Below are positions 50,273 through 62,212 of a DNA stretch of 64,000 bases, piece by piece. Origin of the DNA: Scyliorhinus canicula (taxonomy: Eukaryota); contig NC_052171.1 in NCBI RefSeq assembly GCF_902713615.1, forward strand, positions 3,782,001-3,846,000, written 5' to 3'. The notes under the pieces were generated by a model. It did not search any database, was not told the origin of the DNA, and saw only the letters and a program-made list of their open reading frames with translations. Each line of letters begins with the position of its first letter. Position 1 is the stretch's first letter. The translations under genes were made by a program, and so were the position numbers.

Positions 50273-50630
50273 TAGAACATAGAACATAGAACATAGAACA
50301 GTACAGCACAGAACAGGCCCTTCGGCCCTCAATGTTGTGCCGAGCCATGATCACCCTACTCAAACCCACGTATCCACCCTATACCCGTAACCCAACAACC
50401 CCCCCTTAACCTTACTTTTTCTAGTACACTACGGGCAATTTATCATGGCCAATCCACCTAACCCGCACATCTTTGGACTGTGGGAGGAAACCGGAGCACC
50501 CGGAGGAAACCCACGCACACAGGGGGAGGACGTGCAGACGCCACACAGACAGTGACCCAGCCGGGAATCGAACCTGGGACCCTGGAGCTGTGAAGCATTT
50601 ATGCTAACCACCACGCTACCCTGCTGCCCC
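50273..50630 (-). mobile_element. HE1-like long V-SINE (young)
   Basis: Complete, with (TTCTATG)n tail. Confidence 0.93.
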
Positions 50631-51475
50631 GTCTTGGCTTAGTCTTGGCTTATTTTCCAATTCTAAACTTGAATTTCTTCAATTTATCCGATTGGTTTAG
50701 TTCCTCCTCGCACAGTCCAGGGCCAGTTTCTGGACAGTCATCTGTCCGATTCTGACAATAATCCCTGCCCATTCTAAACAGATTGCTCTCGGCAAATGTA
50801 ATCCGCTTGGCCGTGGGGTGAGGAATGCTGTGGTTACTCGGAAGTTGAACTGCATCCAGCTTGGGAGGAGCAAAGGGAAGTTTGGCTGGGAAGCCTGGCC
50901 AGATGTCTGGAGCGCCATCAACAGAATATCTAGTCATCCTGAAGGAGCATCCTCAGCCTTGTGTTCCCATTAAAAGAGGTGGAAAATAAAAATCACATCT
51001 GTGTTAGTGAGTCGCACCATGAGCTGTAATCTCTGGAATGTCGAAGTGCTAATACCTTCAGCTACAGACTGGGATTCTTTCTTTTCATTTATTCTTTCAT
51101 GGCATGCGGGTGTGACGCCAGTGAGCGGCTGGGCCAGCATTTGTTGTCCATCCCTCATTGCGCCTGAACCGAATGGCTGGCTCGGCCGTTTCAGAAGCCA
51201 GTTAAAGTTCAATCACATTGCTGTGGGTTTGGAGTCACATGTAGGCCAGTCCAGGCCAGGGGGCTGGTTTCTTCACCGAAACGAAGATTTGGAGGCTTGA
51301 ACCAGCGTTACCAACTCTACTTTGACACATATTCCGAGAGGTTTTATCACTGGCCCAGCCTGCGAGCAACCTCCCTGCTCCAGCTCTAATATTTTTACGA
51401 GAAAAAAAGGCTGAGCTTTGTTTCGCATCATTTTGGAGAATAATTTTAATTTCTAGAGAGTTGGCAACCTTAGTT

Positions 51476-52333
51476 TGTAGCCATCTGGGATGGCCACTTC
51501 CAGAATACAAAATGGATATTTGCAAAAACTATAGGGAACTATGGACAATGCTTAGAAAGCAGGCAGGCACAGAGCCTGTTTGCATATTGGAACCTCAGCA
51601 CCCAGACGAGACTGAAACTGTAAGGCAATTAGCATATTGATGGCCCATCTCCGGGGACAAAGGAATAACATTCAAGTAACCGATACTGAGGCAGACATCC
51701 CGGCGCCAGAAAGACACAAACAAAGCAAGGCCAACGGCCACCAAAGACACGCCCAGCCATCAGGGCACCCACCCCTTTATTGGTCAAGGTCAATATGAGT
51801 GATCAAGGTGCAGTCCAATTAATTGGGGCCAAGTTCAAGGCCCTCCCAAAAGTGCGCAAAGCCCCCTATGGAGTATAAGAAGAAGTCCCCGAGAGAGAAT
51901 CGCTCTCAAGGACTCGGCTCTCGAAGCGGAGAGACCCGTCCACCAGCCGCACCAGAAGTCCGAGGTCAACACTCGCTACCAGACGGACAACCTTAGCTGT
52001 TCTCCTGTTACCTCTTCGCACCCAACAGCCTCAGATCCGAACAACGGCCATTGTTCCTCTGACTGAGTGGGTACCCGAAGTTAAGTATAGGCGTTAGCAT
52101 TAGAGATAGTTTAGTTTGTGGTATTTGTACATTAGTAGATATTATTGTGTGTGTAAATAAATAGTATTGGCTTTGAACTAACTAACTGGTGCATTGGTTC
52201 TTTGATCAGTATTGGAGTTTGAACCTTGTGGCGGTATCGAAAGATACCTGGCAACTCTAGAGTAAACATACTTAAGATTAAGGAAGGTGACCATATTAAC
52301 CGCTATATTTAGAACCAGATAAATATAGCAACA
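51476..52333 (+). mobile_element. Solo LTR (858 bp; ERV- or Gypsy-type)
   Basis: TGTAG...CAACA termini; 4-bp TSD AGTT at 51472-51475 / 52334-52337; TATAA near 51874 and AATAAA near 52155. Confidence 0.85.
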
Positions 52334-52774
52334 AGTTAAACCAGGCTACAGCCAATGTTTTAACCAGTAAAAACTTTTTCCTTGTCTCATTATTCCACCT
52401 TAGAACAGGCAGTGTGCAAAACCCTCCACCAGGCAAATAATTTGGGGACACTAAACACCAAATGAAACTTAATTGAAGTAAATTTCACTTTGCACACATT
52501 TTCATATATGAACTGGGAATTCAGAATCTTCTCCATATTTTTGAGGTGAAATTTTCCAATCTCATTCAGGGTCCCACTGACCAGGTGCTCAGTCTGTATC
52601 AGAATGGTCTGGTACTCTCAAAGCCTTGTCCGTGCTGTTGTAAACTGGATGGAGATGTTACAGGGGTATATTTGTCTCATAGGTTCCCTCCAGGGGCATG
52701 AATGAAGAAAGGGAAAACCTCAGCACTTGCACATGGAAATAACACTAAAATGAGGCTTTCATGTTTCCTTCCCG

Positions 52775-53000
52775 GGGCAGCACGGTGGTGCAGTGGTCAG
52801 CACTGCTGCCTCACGAAGCCGAGGTCCCAGGTTCGATCCCGGCTCTGGGTCACTGTCCGTGTGGAGTTTGCACATTCTCCCCGTGTTTGCGTGGGTCTCA
52901 CTCCCACAACCCAAAGATGTGCAGGGTAGGTGGATTGGCCACGCTAAATTGCCCCTTAATTGGGAAAAAAAATAATTGGGTACATTAAATTTTTTTTAAA
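52775..53000 (+). mobile_element. V-SINE, short type
   Basis: TSD ATGTTTCCTTC(C/T)CG. Confidence 0.9.
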
Positions 53001-53160
53001 ATGTTTCCTTCTCGTTTTAATAATGTTCTGTGGAGTTTCATTGTCCATATTGAGCCCTCGTTCCTGCTGCCCCAATAGGGGGCAGCCTTACCTTGGCATA
53101 TCAGTTAATTACCCATTATCCACGTATCCACCCTATACCCATTATCCATGTGTGATCCAT

Positions 53161-53512
53161 GGGCAGCACGGTAGCATGGTGGTTAGCATAAATGCTTCAC
53201 AGCTCCAGGGTCCCAGGTTCGATTCCCGGCTGGGTCACTGTCTGTGCGGAGTCTGCACGTCCTCCCCGTGTGTGCGTGGGTTTCCTCCGGGTGCTCCGGT
53301 TTCCTCCCACAGTCCAAAGATGTGCGGGTTAGGTGGATTGGCCATGCTAAATTGCCCGTAGTGTCCTAAAAAGTAAGGTTAGGGGGGGGGGGGGGGTTTG
53401 TTGGGTTACGGGTATAGGGTGGATACGTGGGTTTGAGTAGAGTGATCATGGCTCGGCACATCGAGGGCTGAAGGGCCTGTTCTGTGCTGTACTGTTCTAT
53501 GTTCTATGATTC
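53161..53512 (+). mobile_element. HE1-like long V-SINE (young)
   Basis: Complete head, V-domain and CR1 tail. Confidence 0.93.
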
Positions 53513-53829
53513 TTGGCAGTGAGTGTGAGCAGATTCCGAGGCTTACTCAGTCTTGTTCCTAACTAATGCACTGAACAGGTTTTGGCTGCCTCTCTCATCC
53601 CGCGGTGTTTGCAGAAGAGAATTGCAATGCCCCTTAAGAACCTACCCCACCCCATCTCCCCCGAAATGGGATGAGCTAATTTTGAACAGACCGAGGGTCA
53701 AAGTAACATAACAGATTCAGTAACTACTGCCGGATCACACATTGTGCCATCAATAATCCAAAAATGAATGAATGGCGAGGCCAGCTTTGCGACAGTGCTG
53801 TGCATTTTTCAGTGAGCTAACTGTGTAAC

Positions 53830-54129
53830 ATAGAATCACTACAGTGCAGAAGGGGACCATTTAGCCCAGTGATTCTGCACTGACCCTCTGAAAGAAAACC
53901 CTACTGGGCCCCCAAAGCCCAATAACTCACCTAATTTTTTGGACACTAAGGGGCAATTTAGCATGGCGAATCCACCCAACATGCACATCTTTGGGCTATG
54001 GGAGGAAACCCATGCAGACTTGGGGAGAACATACAAACTCCACACAGACAGTGACCCAAGGATGGAATTGAACCCAGGTCCCTGGCACTATGAGGCGGCA
54101 GTGCTAACCATTGTGCCACCGTGTTGCCC
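53830..54129 (-). mobile_element. Long V-SINE (older)
   Basis: Family match on the minus strand. Confidence 0.82.
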
Positions 54130-54569
54130 TTTTTGTTAATTCCCCCACCTTGTGTTTTTTTTCTCCCTCTGTCGCCCGCCTCTATCTCTCATGTTCCTTT
54201 TGAGGAAGCTGTACATGTGGCCAATGAATCCTTGTAATCTGTCCTATCAATCACAAGAAACCAGGTCCCATGTTTACCCAGGATTCTTGTCTTCTCCTTT
54301 CCGTTTGAATTTTGCTGGACCTACATTGATTCCCAGTTAAGCAACACATTGATCTTAAAATTCTCATCCATATTTTCAAATCTCTCCATGGTTTCAGACC
54401 TCCCTTATCTAATCTCTCCAGCCCACAGCCCCCTCTGTATTCCTTTGAGAATTCCTTATGTTAACTGATCCAATATTGGTGGCCGTACCTTCAGCTCATG
54501 ATCCCTAAACACTGGAACTCCCTCCATAAATCACTCTGCCTCTTTATTTCACTTACAGTCCTTAAGGAG

Positions 54570-54875
54570 GTCTTGTGGTGTGGTGGGTAGGGTCCCTGCT
54601 CTGAGCCAGAAGGCCTGAGTTCAAGTCCCAGTCCAGCACTTGATGGTCAAGGAAGTTGCGTTCACAACGTGGTCAAACAGGTTGGGTGTCAACCTGCAAA
54701 ATCCTCCCAAACATGTCAATGGATGGCGGTAAGAGCGGGTCAGCCACGCTGGATGGGAAGCTGCTAAAAACCTCTGGCGACAGCCTAGCAACCTGTTCCT
54801 GGAAAAATCTTCCAATGGGAAATAGAAGAAATACTGCCTTGTGTATCACCAAGTGGGGGAAGAGATAGAACAAAC
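54570..54875 (+). mobile_element. Other tRNA-derived SINE
   Basis: A-box-like TGGTGTGGTGGG and B-box GAGTTCAAGTCCC. Confidence 0.5.
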
Positions 54876-55582
54876 AATTATTTAATACCTACCTCTTTGA
54901 CCAATCTATCGGTCATCCTATCTGACACCTCTTTATGTGGTCAAGTATCAAACGTTGCTTTATAACGTTCCTGTGAATGTTTTTTTGTGTTCACGTTAAA
55001 ATTTTATGTTAAATATAAATGAAAATGGTAGCTGTTGTTGCTGACTGAAGAACTGAAAAAGGCTGCTCTTCACACCAAACAAGCAAACAAAGCCTTTTAC
55101 GTAGCAAAGTGTTGTAAGGCACAACACCGAGGCATTATCAATCGGAATTTGACTCCGAACCACATTGGGCATCCAAAAGGATGGGCAAACTGGATTGTCC
55201 CATTGCTTGGTACATTCGGGATGTGAACATCAGGATCGATCAGTCTTAACAGGACAATTGAAAATGGAAATGGCTTATTGTCACGAGTAGGCTTCAATGA
55301 AGTTACTGTGAAAAGCCCCTAGTCGCCACATTCCGGCGCCTATCCGCGGAGGCTGATACGGGAATTGATTGAAGCTTGACACGGATACATGGTTCAAAGT
55401 TAGTTGGCCTACAAAGATATTGGATGCCATTCCCCCTGCAATCCCCTCCTCAATCTCCTCTCCCCAGTAACTGATTTGCAGATGATACAACTTTGGGAAC
55501 AGAGTTTATGTATTTGTGACGTCTGACTGAAAGAGAACGCAGTAAATTGGAAATCTGATGTGGAGGGTGGCTCCAGTCACTC

Positions 55583-55922
55583 GGCCACAGTAGCACAGTG
55601 GTTAGCACTGCCACCTGACAGCTCCAGGGACCCGGGTTCAATTCCGGCCTCGGGTGACTGTCAGTGCGGAGTCTGCACGTTCTCCCAGTGTCTGCGTGGG
55701 TTTCCTCCGGGTGCTCTGGTTTCCTCCCACAGTCCAACGATGTGCAGGTTAGGTGGATTGGCCATGCTAAATTTCCCCTTAGTGTCCAAAAAGGTTAGGT
55801 GGAGTTACTGCGTTACAGGGCTAGGGTGGAGGCATGGGCTTAAGTGGGGGACTCTTTCAAGGGGCTGGTGTATACTTGATGGGTCGAATTGCCTACTTTG
55901 CACTGTAAATTCTATGATTCTA
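55583..55922 (+). mobile_element. Long V-SINE
   Basis: Head, V-domain and tail CACTGTAAATTCTATGATTCT. Confidence 0.88.
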
Positions 55923-56154
55923 TTACTGCAGATGAAACTCGTTCATGAAAACCATCACCCATGAGGCGTTGGAGAATGGACAGCAATGGGTGTACAATAC
56001 ATTTGGTAACCAATGTGCTTTGCACATTGATCTATGAAGCGACTCTGCAATAAACAAAGCATTTTGATGCTCGTGTGTCATAGGCATATTTGTTTCTGAA
56101 GTGCTGATCAGAAAGGTTATAAAATACAGATGAGGGAGATGTTTTGGACCTTTT

Positions 56155-56877
56155 GGGCGAAATTCTCCGCCCCCCACGACGGGTGGGAGAATAGTGGGAG
56201 GGCCTTCCCGACATTTTTGCCGCCCTCCCGCTATTCTCCCACCCCCCCGCCGAAGTCCCGACCCGAATCGCTGCCGCCGTTTTTTTACGGCCGGCAGCGA
56301 TTCTCAGCTGTTAGATGGGCCGAAGTCCCAGCCCTTTCCGCCGTTTTTACGAACGGCAAACACACCTGGTCTTGCCGTTCGTAAAAACGGCGTCACAAAC
56401 TCGCTATTAATAACCATGGCACCGATTGGCACGGCCGTACCACGGCCGTGCCAAGGGTGCCATGGGCCCGCGATCGGTGGGCACCGATCGCGGGCAGCGG
56501 GCCCGATGCCCGCGCACTACTTGTCCTTCCGCCGCCCCGCAGTATCCATTCGCGGGGCGGCTGAGGGGCAACCCGGCCCGCGCATGCGCGGGTTTCGCGC
56601 AAAAACGCGATGCCGTCACCCGCGCATGCGCGGGTTGGAGTCTTCCAAACTGCGCATGCGCGGCTGACGTCATATGACGCGTCAGCCGGCGCTAACTCCG
56701 GCAAGCGGGCTTAACGATTTTCGTTAAGGCCGTCTTGCCGGAGCCTACGGCGTCGGGCTGCTAGCCCCGACCGGGGACCAGAATCGGTCCCCGGTCGGGA
56801 AGGGGCGCGCTGGCGTCAAACCCGCCCGGGTTTGACGCCAGCTTTACGATTTCTCCCGTTTTGGGAGAATCTCGCCC
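56155..56877. mobile_element. Non-autonomous TIR element made of an array of hairpins (possibly PIF/Harbinger-derived)
   Basis: TIR GGGCGAAATTCTCC / GGAGAATCTCGCCC; at least 11 internal stems; very CpG-rich; no transposase. Confidence 0.8.
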
Positions 56878-57786
56878 AGTATCTCTCTCTCCTGCATCGG
56901 AAATCATGACCAAAGGAGTGAACAACCTCTTGACTAATTCCGGGATTTGGCCTCTGCGATCCTATCCACAGACTATCCTCATCATTTGACACAGCCACAT
57001 CAAGTTTGAACTTACAAGGGAAAATTTCCTTGCACCCTGGGACCCTCCTGAAAAACTTGCGGTAGTCACAGAATTTGGACAGTTGAAAATTAAAAATGAA
57101 AATCGCTTATTGTCACGAGTCGGCTTCAATGAAGTTACTGTGAAAAGCCCCTAGTCGCCTAGTTCCATGTGATTTAGCTGGATAGTTAACCAGAATAATA
57201 TTCAACAGAACAAAAACAAATCTATCTGATCCCCCAACCACTCAGACTGACTCCCCACTCCATCTTCCCTTACGCCCCAACTACCCCCCGGAACCAAGCA
57301 GATGACCCCCCCCCCCCCAACCGCAACCCACCTGCCACCCTATCCACCTGCCTCCTTACTCACAGCGCTACAATGCTGAGGCAATGTTAGATGGTCTCAA
57401 GTGCTGCCTTTCAAACGTGAGGTTTAGACATTTCCCTGACTGCCCATTCCAGTGGATACGAGAGGTGCAATGGCGCAACTGGTGTTGGACTGGACTGAAA
57501 TCTCCTGCTGCTCCGTCCAACACCATCTAATACCAACGACAGCAGATTATCTGACCATCATGGGGACTTGCTGTGCGGAATTTGGTGCTGCCACTTGCCC
57601 ACGGAACAAGCCTGACTTCCACAAAAAATTATGCTTGAGGCGCCACAAGATATGACGCAAACGAACATGTTTATCTCAACGAGGTCTGCGGCTGGACAAC
57701 ACGTGGCTGCCGTCGAACAGGCACAGCGACAAACACCTTCGTTTTCCTTCGTGCCGAGCAGAGCTTCTGCATTCTCGCTCACAAAA

Positions 57787-58121
57787 GCCTCACGGTAGCA
57801 TGGTGGTTAGCATCAATGCTTCACAGCTCCAGTGGTCCCAGGTTCGATTCCCGGCTGGGTCACTGTCTGTGTGGAGTCTGCATGTCCTCCCTGTGTGTGC
57901 ATGGGTTTCCTCCGGGTGCTCCGGTTTCCTCCCACAGTCCAAAGATGTGCAGGTTAGGTGGATTGGCCATGCTAAATTGCCCGTAGTGTAAGGTTAATGG
58001 GGGGATTGTTGGGTTACGGGTATACGGGTTACGTGGGTTTAAGTAGGGTGATCATTGCTCGGCACAACATCGAGGGCCGAAGGGCCTGTTCTGTGCTGTA
58101 CTGTTCTATGTTCTATGTTCT
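57787..58121 (+). mobile_element. HE1-like long V-SINE
   Basis: Complete; same subfamily as 60655-60978. Confidence 0.92.
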
Positions 58122-59339
58122 AAAACAAGCATCTGGCAAACTGTGAGGACCCCACCCGCTTCAATCTGAGTGTGAATTCTCAGCAGCCCTGCCTGCAATG
58201 GGAGCTCAGTCACTGCACAGTTATTTCTGAAGCTAAACTATAAAACAGAATCGCCGCCCTGGGACCCCGAGGGGATTTAGCCTTTTTCCTTGCCTCATGA
58301 GCTGTTCCAGAGAAGCCAAATGTGACAAAACATCCTTTTTCCGTAAGGAGCATTCCTGGATTTGGGAGGGGAAGGGGAGAACTCCTCCCTCTCTTCCTCC
58401 TCTCAGGGCTTCATTAATCCTGAGATCGGCCTGTCCTGGCTGCCACACTCAGGGAGAGTCGTGCTGTTGTCTTGCTGTCCTTTGCTGTGAGGAGCAACTC
58501 CCTCGATGAGAAAAGGTAAGCAGAGTGGGCACTGCCTTTCCTACAACTCGGTCCTTGGTTGCAATGTCCCAGTCTGTGTGCACCCCTGCGGTGAGACTGG
58601 TAATATAAGATGATTAGAGAGCATTTAAAAGGAGCAAAGTTGACCGTCCCTCCAGCTGGAGGGATTATAAATGCTCAGCTGTGGAACTCCTGGTTTAGGA
58701 ATAAGCTTGTCTCCTCGAGTTGTGATTTCCCAGCACTGCCCGCACAGATTATGAATGCCATTTCCTCAGGAACTGCTTCATTGATGGCTGTTTCAGTGGT
58801 CTTGCATCAGCTCAGCTCCACACGGAGACTCTCACAGCCCTGCAGAGGTCACAACCTGCCTTGATGATTTATGTCCCTTTCAGACACACAGTTTACGTTT
58901 TACAGCTACACGTTAGTATTGGTAGATGAGAAAATAAAATAAATTAGTAGAAGAGTCACGCATTCTTGACCTCTGCTGTTGCATTCTTACATTACAAAAG
59001 TGACCTCACTTTGAAAGTATTTTGTTGGCTGCGAAGAACTTGGGGACAAGCTGAGGTCAGTTTTGAATTTGTGGCCTTCCCCCCCCCTCCCCCCCTCTGT
59101 TGTGTGAACAGCGATGAAAGGAGTGAACGGGGTAAAGTTTCACTTTCAATGTGAAAAAAGGAAACGGTTGTAAATCTGGAGACTGTTTTCTGTCACGTGG
59201 AACTTCAGCAAAAATCAGCTTGTCCTGCAGGTTAGGGGCTTGGGGCACCAGCTGACTGTTACCTCCCGGGTTTCAACAAAGTCCGGAGATTGTGTTACCG
59301 TTGTTCATCTTTTGGCAAATGTGCCACCGGACATGTCAA

Positions 59340-59625
59340 ACAGGAGGAGGAGTCGGCCATTCGGCCCCACGAGCTTGCTCCACCATTCAATGAGATCATG
59401 GTTGATCTGATTGTGGCCTCAACTCCACCTCACACCTGCACTCCCATGACCTCTCATTCCATCATTAGACAAAGATCTATTCATCTCTGCCTTGAAAATA
59501 CTCATTGACGTCCACCGCTCTCGGGGAAAGAGAGTCCCAAACAGTCAGGACCCTCGGAAAGAAAGAGTTTCTTCCCATCTGAGTCCTGAATCGGAGACCC
59601 CTTATTTTTATACTGTCTCTCCCAC
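59340..59625 (-). mobile_element. Old CR1 3' fragment
   Basis: IKIRGLRFRTQMGRNSFF..VWDSL motif and a CR1 3'UTR. Confidence 0.7.
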
Positions 59626-59939
59626 AAGGGAAAACTGAGCATAACTTTAGAGCAACAGTTCTGCCCATTGCTTTTCACGCAACACCCGTGGCTTACATAG
59701 TGAAGGAAACTGTTGGAAATAGAATAAAACCTCCCCGACAACTTCACAATGTACTAAATAGCAGCCAGATTATTGCAGGCAGTAATCTTCTTTCTATATT
59801 CAGACTTTGATGATGATGAATGCGTTTTTCTGGTTGGGTTGCTGTCTATGGGGAACAGAAGAAACCGAGGAAAAGGAGCATGAATAGATCATCCAGCTCC
59901 TTGATCAATAAGATCGCCGACTGAGATACCTCTTGCTTT

Positions 59940-60290
59940 GGGCAGCACGGTAGCATTGTGGATATCACAATTGCTTCACAGTTCCAGGGCTCCAGGTTCG
60001 ATTCCGGCTTGGGTCACTGTCTGTGTGGAGTCTGCACTTTCTCCCTGTGTCTGCGTGGGTTTCCTCCGGGTGCTCCGGTTTCCTCCCACAGTCCAAAGAT
60101 GTGCAGGTTAGGTGGCTTGGCCATGATAAATTGCCCTGAGTGTCCAAAATTGCCTTTAGTGTTGGGTGGGGTTACTGGGTTATGGGGTTAGAGTGGAGGT
60201 GTTGACCTTGGGTAGGGTGCTGTTTCCAGGAGCCGGTGCAGACTCGATGGGCTGAATGGCCTCCTTCCGCACTGTAAATTCTATGATAAA
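59940..60290 (+). mobile_element. Long V-SINE
   Basis: Head, V-domain and GAATGGCCTCCTTC tail. Confidence 0.9.
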
Positions 60291-60654
60291 TCTGTGACCA
60301 CTTCCCTCTCCTGTCCCCATTGCTCTCGATTTCACTGCGGTTCAAATATCTGTCACTCTCACACCTGGCGTGAACTCAATCGCTGAGGGTCCACAGCCCA
60401 CCAGAGATGTGAACCACCTGCTTGGCACGTGATGGCAGTTTGAGACAACTGTCCCTCTGGCAAAGCTCTACTTTCTGTTTCTCCACGGAAAGACGATTGA
60501 GGCGGGGAGAGGCAGCATGCGGAGGATGCGGGGGAACCTGCATTCCCAGTGCTGTGACACTCCACAAGGGTGCCAGGGAGAGCCAGCAGTAGCCAAGTGC
60601 TCAGTTGATGTCAGGACTTGTTGATCAAACCTATGCACCTATAATTCTCTACAT

Positions 60655-60978
60655 TATAGATTATAGAACAGTACAGCACAGAACAGGCCCTTGATGTTGT
60701 GCCGAGCAATGATCACCCTACTTAAACCCACGTAACCCGTATACCCGTAACCCAACAATCCCCCCATTAACCTTACACTACGGGCAATTTAGCATGGCCA
60801 ATCCACCTAACCCGCACATCTTTGGACTGTGGGAGGAAACCGGAGCACCCGGAGGAAACCCACGCACACACGGGGAGGACGTGCAGACTCCACACAGACA
60901 GTGACCCAGCCGGGAATCGAACCTGGGACCCTGGAGCTGTGAAGCATTGATGCTAACCACCATGCTACCGCGAGGCCC
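60655..60978 (-). mobile_element. HE1-like long V-SINE
   Basis: Complete on the minus strand. Confidence 0.92.
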
Positions 60979-61566
60979 CTATCAAAATAACGTCTGTTGG
61001 GGAGTCCAGAAAAGGGAGACCTAAATTAAGAGAGCCAGGAACAGATGGAATGAAGAATTAAGAAGCAATTTCTTTCCACACAGAGTGGTGAGAATGCAAA
61101 ACTGGCTGTCACATGGCTAAATCAGATAGCAGTGATTCTTATAGAAAATATGTAAAATGAAGCAAATTAGAGGAACCACTGACCTCAGTCAGATTCCAAA
61201 AGCTGGCACATAAAACCTGTACTTCCCAGCACTCAGAGAATAGATTGCTATGAGACTGACTGCCTTACCACCGACAGGTTAGGTGGGGTTACCGGGTTAC
61301 AGGGGTAGGGCGGGGGTGTGGGCCTAGGTACGGTGCTCTTTCGGAGGGTCGGGCACGGTAGGGATTCTATGTTCCACATTAACTTCACCTCTCAGCATTT
61401 TAATAAGCTTTCTAAGGTCCAATTCAGGGAGGTATCTCAGCCTACGATTGATACGAATGACCCTAATAAGAGGATTCCAAGCATCAGTTAATATTTAGTC
61501 ACTGTCAGTAAGGGGTTCGAGACCCGTCTTTTGGAGGCATGGTTGCTAATACGCATAACAAAGGCT

Positions 61567-61742
61567 CACAGGGCTAAATCGCTGGCTTCGAAAACAGACC
61601 CAGGCAAGCCAGCAGCACGGGTTCAATTCCCGTACCAGCCCCCCCGAACAGGTGCCGGAATGTGGTGACTAGGGGCTTTTCACAGTAACTTATTTGAAGC
61701 CTACTCGTGATAATAAGCGATTTTCATTTCATTTCATTCATT
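61567..61742 (+). mobile_element. tRNA-derived SINE (head B plus third tail)
   Basis: B-box GGGTTCAATTCCC, tail GACTAGGGGCTTTTCACAGTAAC, (CATTT)n. Confidence 0.8.
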
Positions 61743-61937
61743 TGAATGAAGTGTTTCTGATGAGGCTGCACCTGGATCAATAATCTATTCACACACCCAA
61801 AATCACCTCTGAGTGGAAGGCACAGTCCAGTAGAAATCTGTCAGGCAGTGCAATTAACAGCACTGATGGAGACCATTCAGCCCATCGTTTTGATGCCGTC
61901 TTTGCTTAAATAGTCCTTTGCTTATCGCTGACTGTTC

Positions 61938-62140
61938 GGGCAGCACGGTGGTACGGACCCAGGTTCGAATCCCGGCCCCAGGTCACTGTCCGTGTGGAGT
62001 TTGCACATTCTCGCCGTGTCTGTGTGGGTCTCATGCCCACAACCCAAAAAAGATGTTCAGGGTAAGATGAATCGGCTACGCTAAATTGCCCCTTAATTGA
62101 GACAAAAAAGAATGGGGTCTTCCAAATTTATTTTTGAAAA
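61938..62140 (+). mobile_element. V-SINE, short type
   Basis: 13-bp TSD ATC(G/A)CTGACTGTT at 61924-61936 / 62141-62153. Confidence 0.88.
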
Positions 62141-62212
62141 ATCACTGACTGTTGATATTCAGACAATGGACAGCACTGAAAATGAAGTGTAGATTTAAAA
62201 CAGATGAAAACA

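Noticed and set aside
50650-50937. 95-aa minus-strand ORF (MTRYSVDGAP...)
   Set aside because: Unrecognised; length within chance expectation for 64 kb.
56130-56998. CpG-island promoter or ORFs at the GC-rich block, including NRF1-like GCGCATGCGC motifs
   Set aside because: The block is bounded exactly by TIRs shared with other repeats in the window, so a transposon explains it better.
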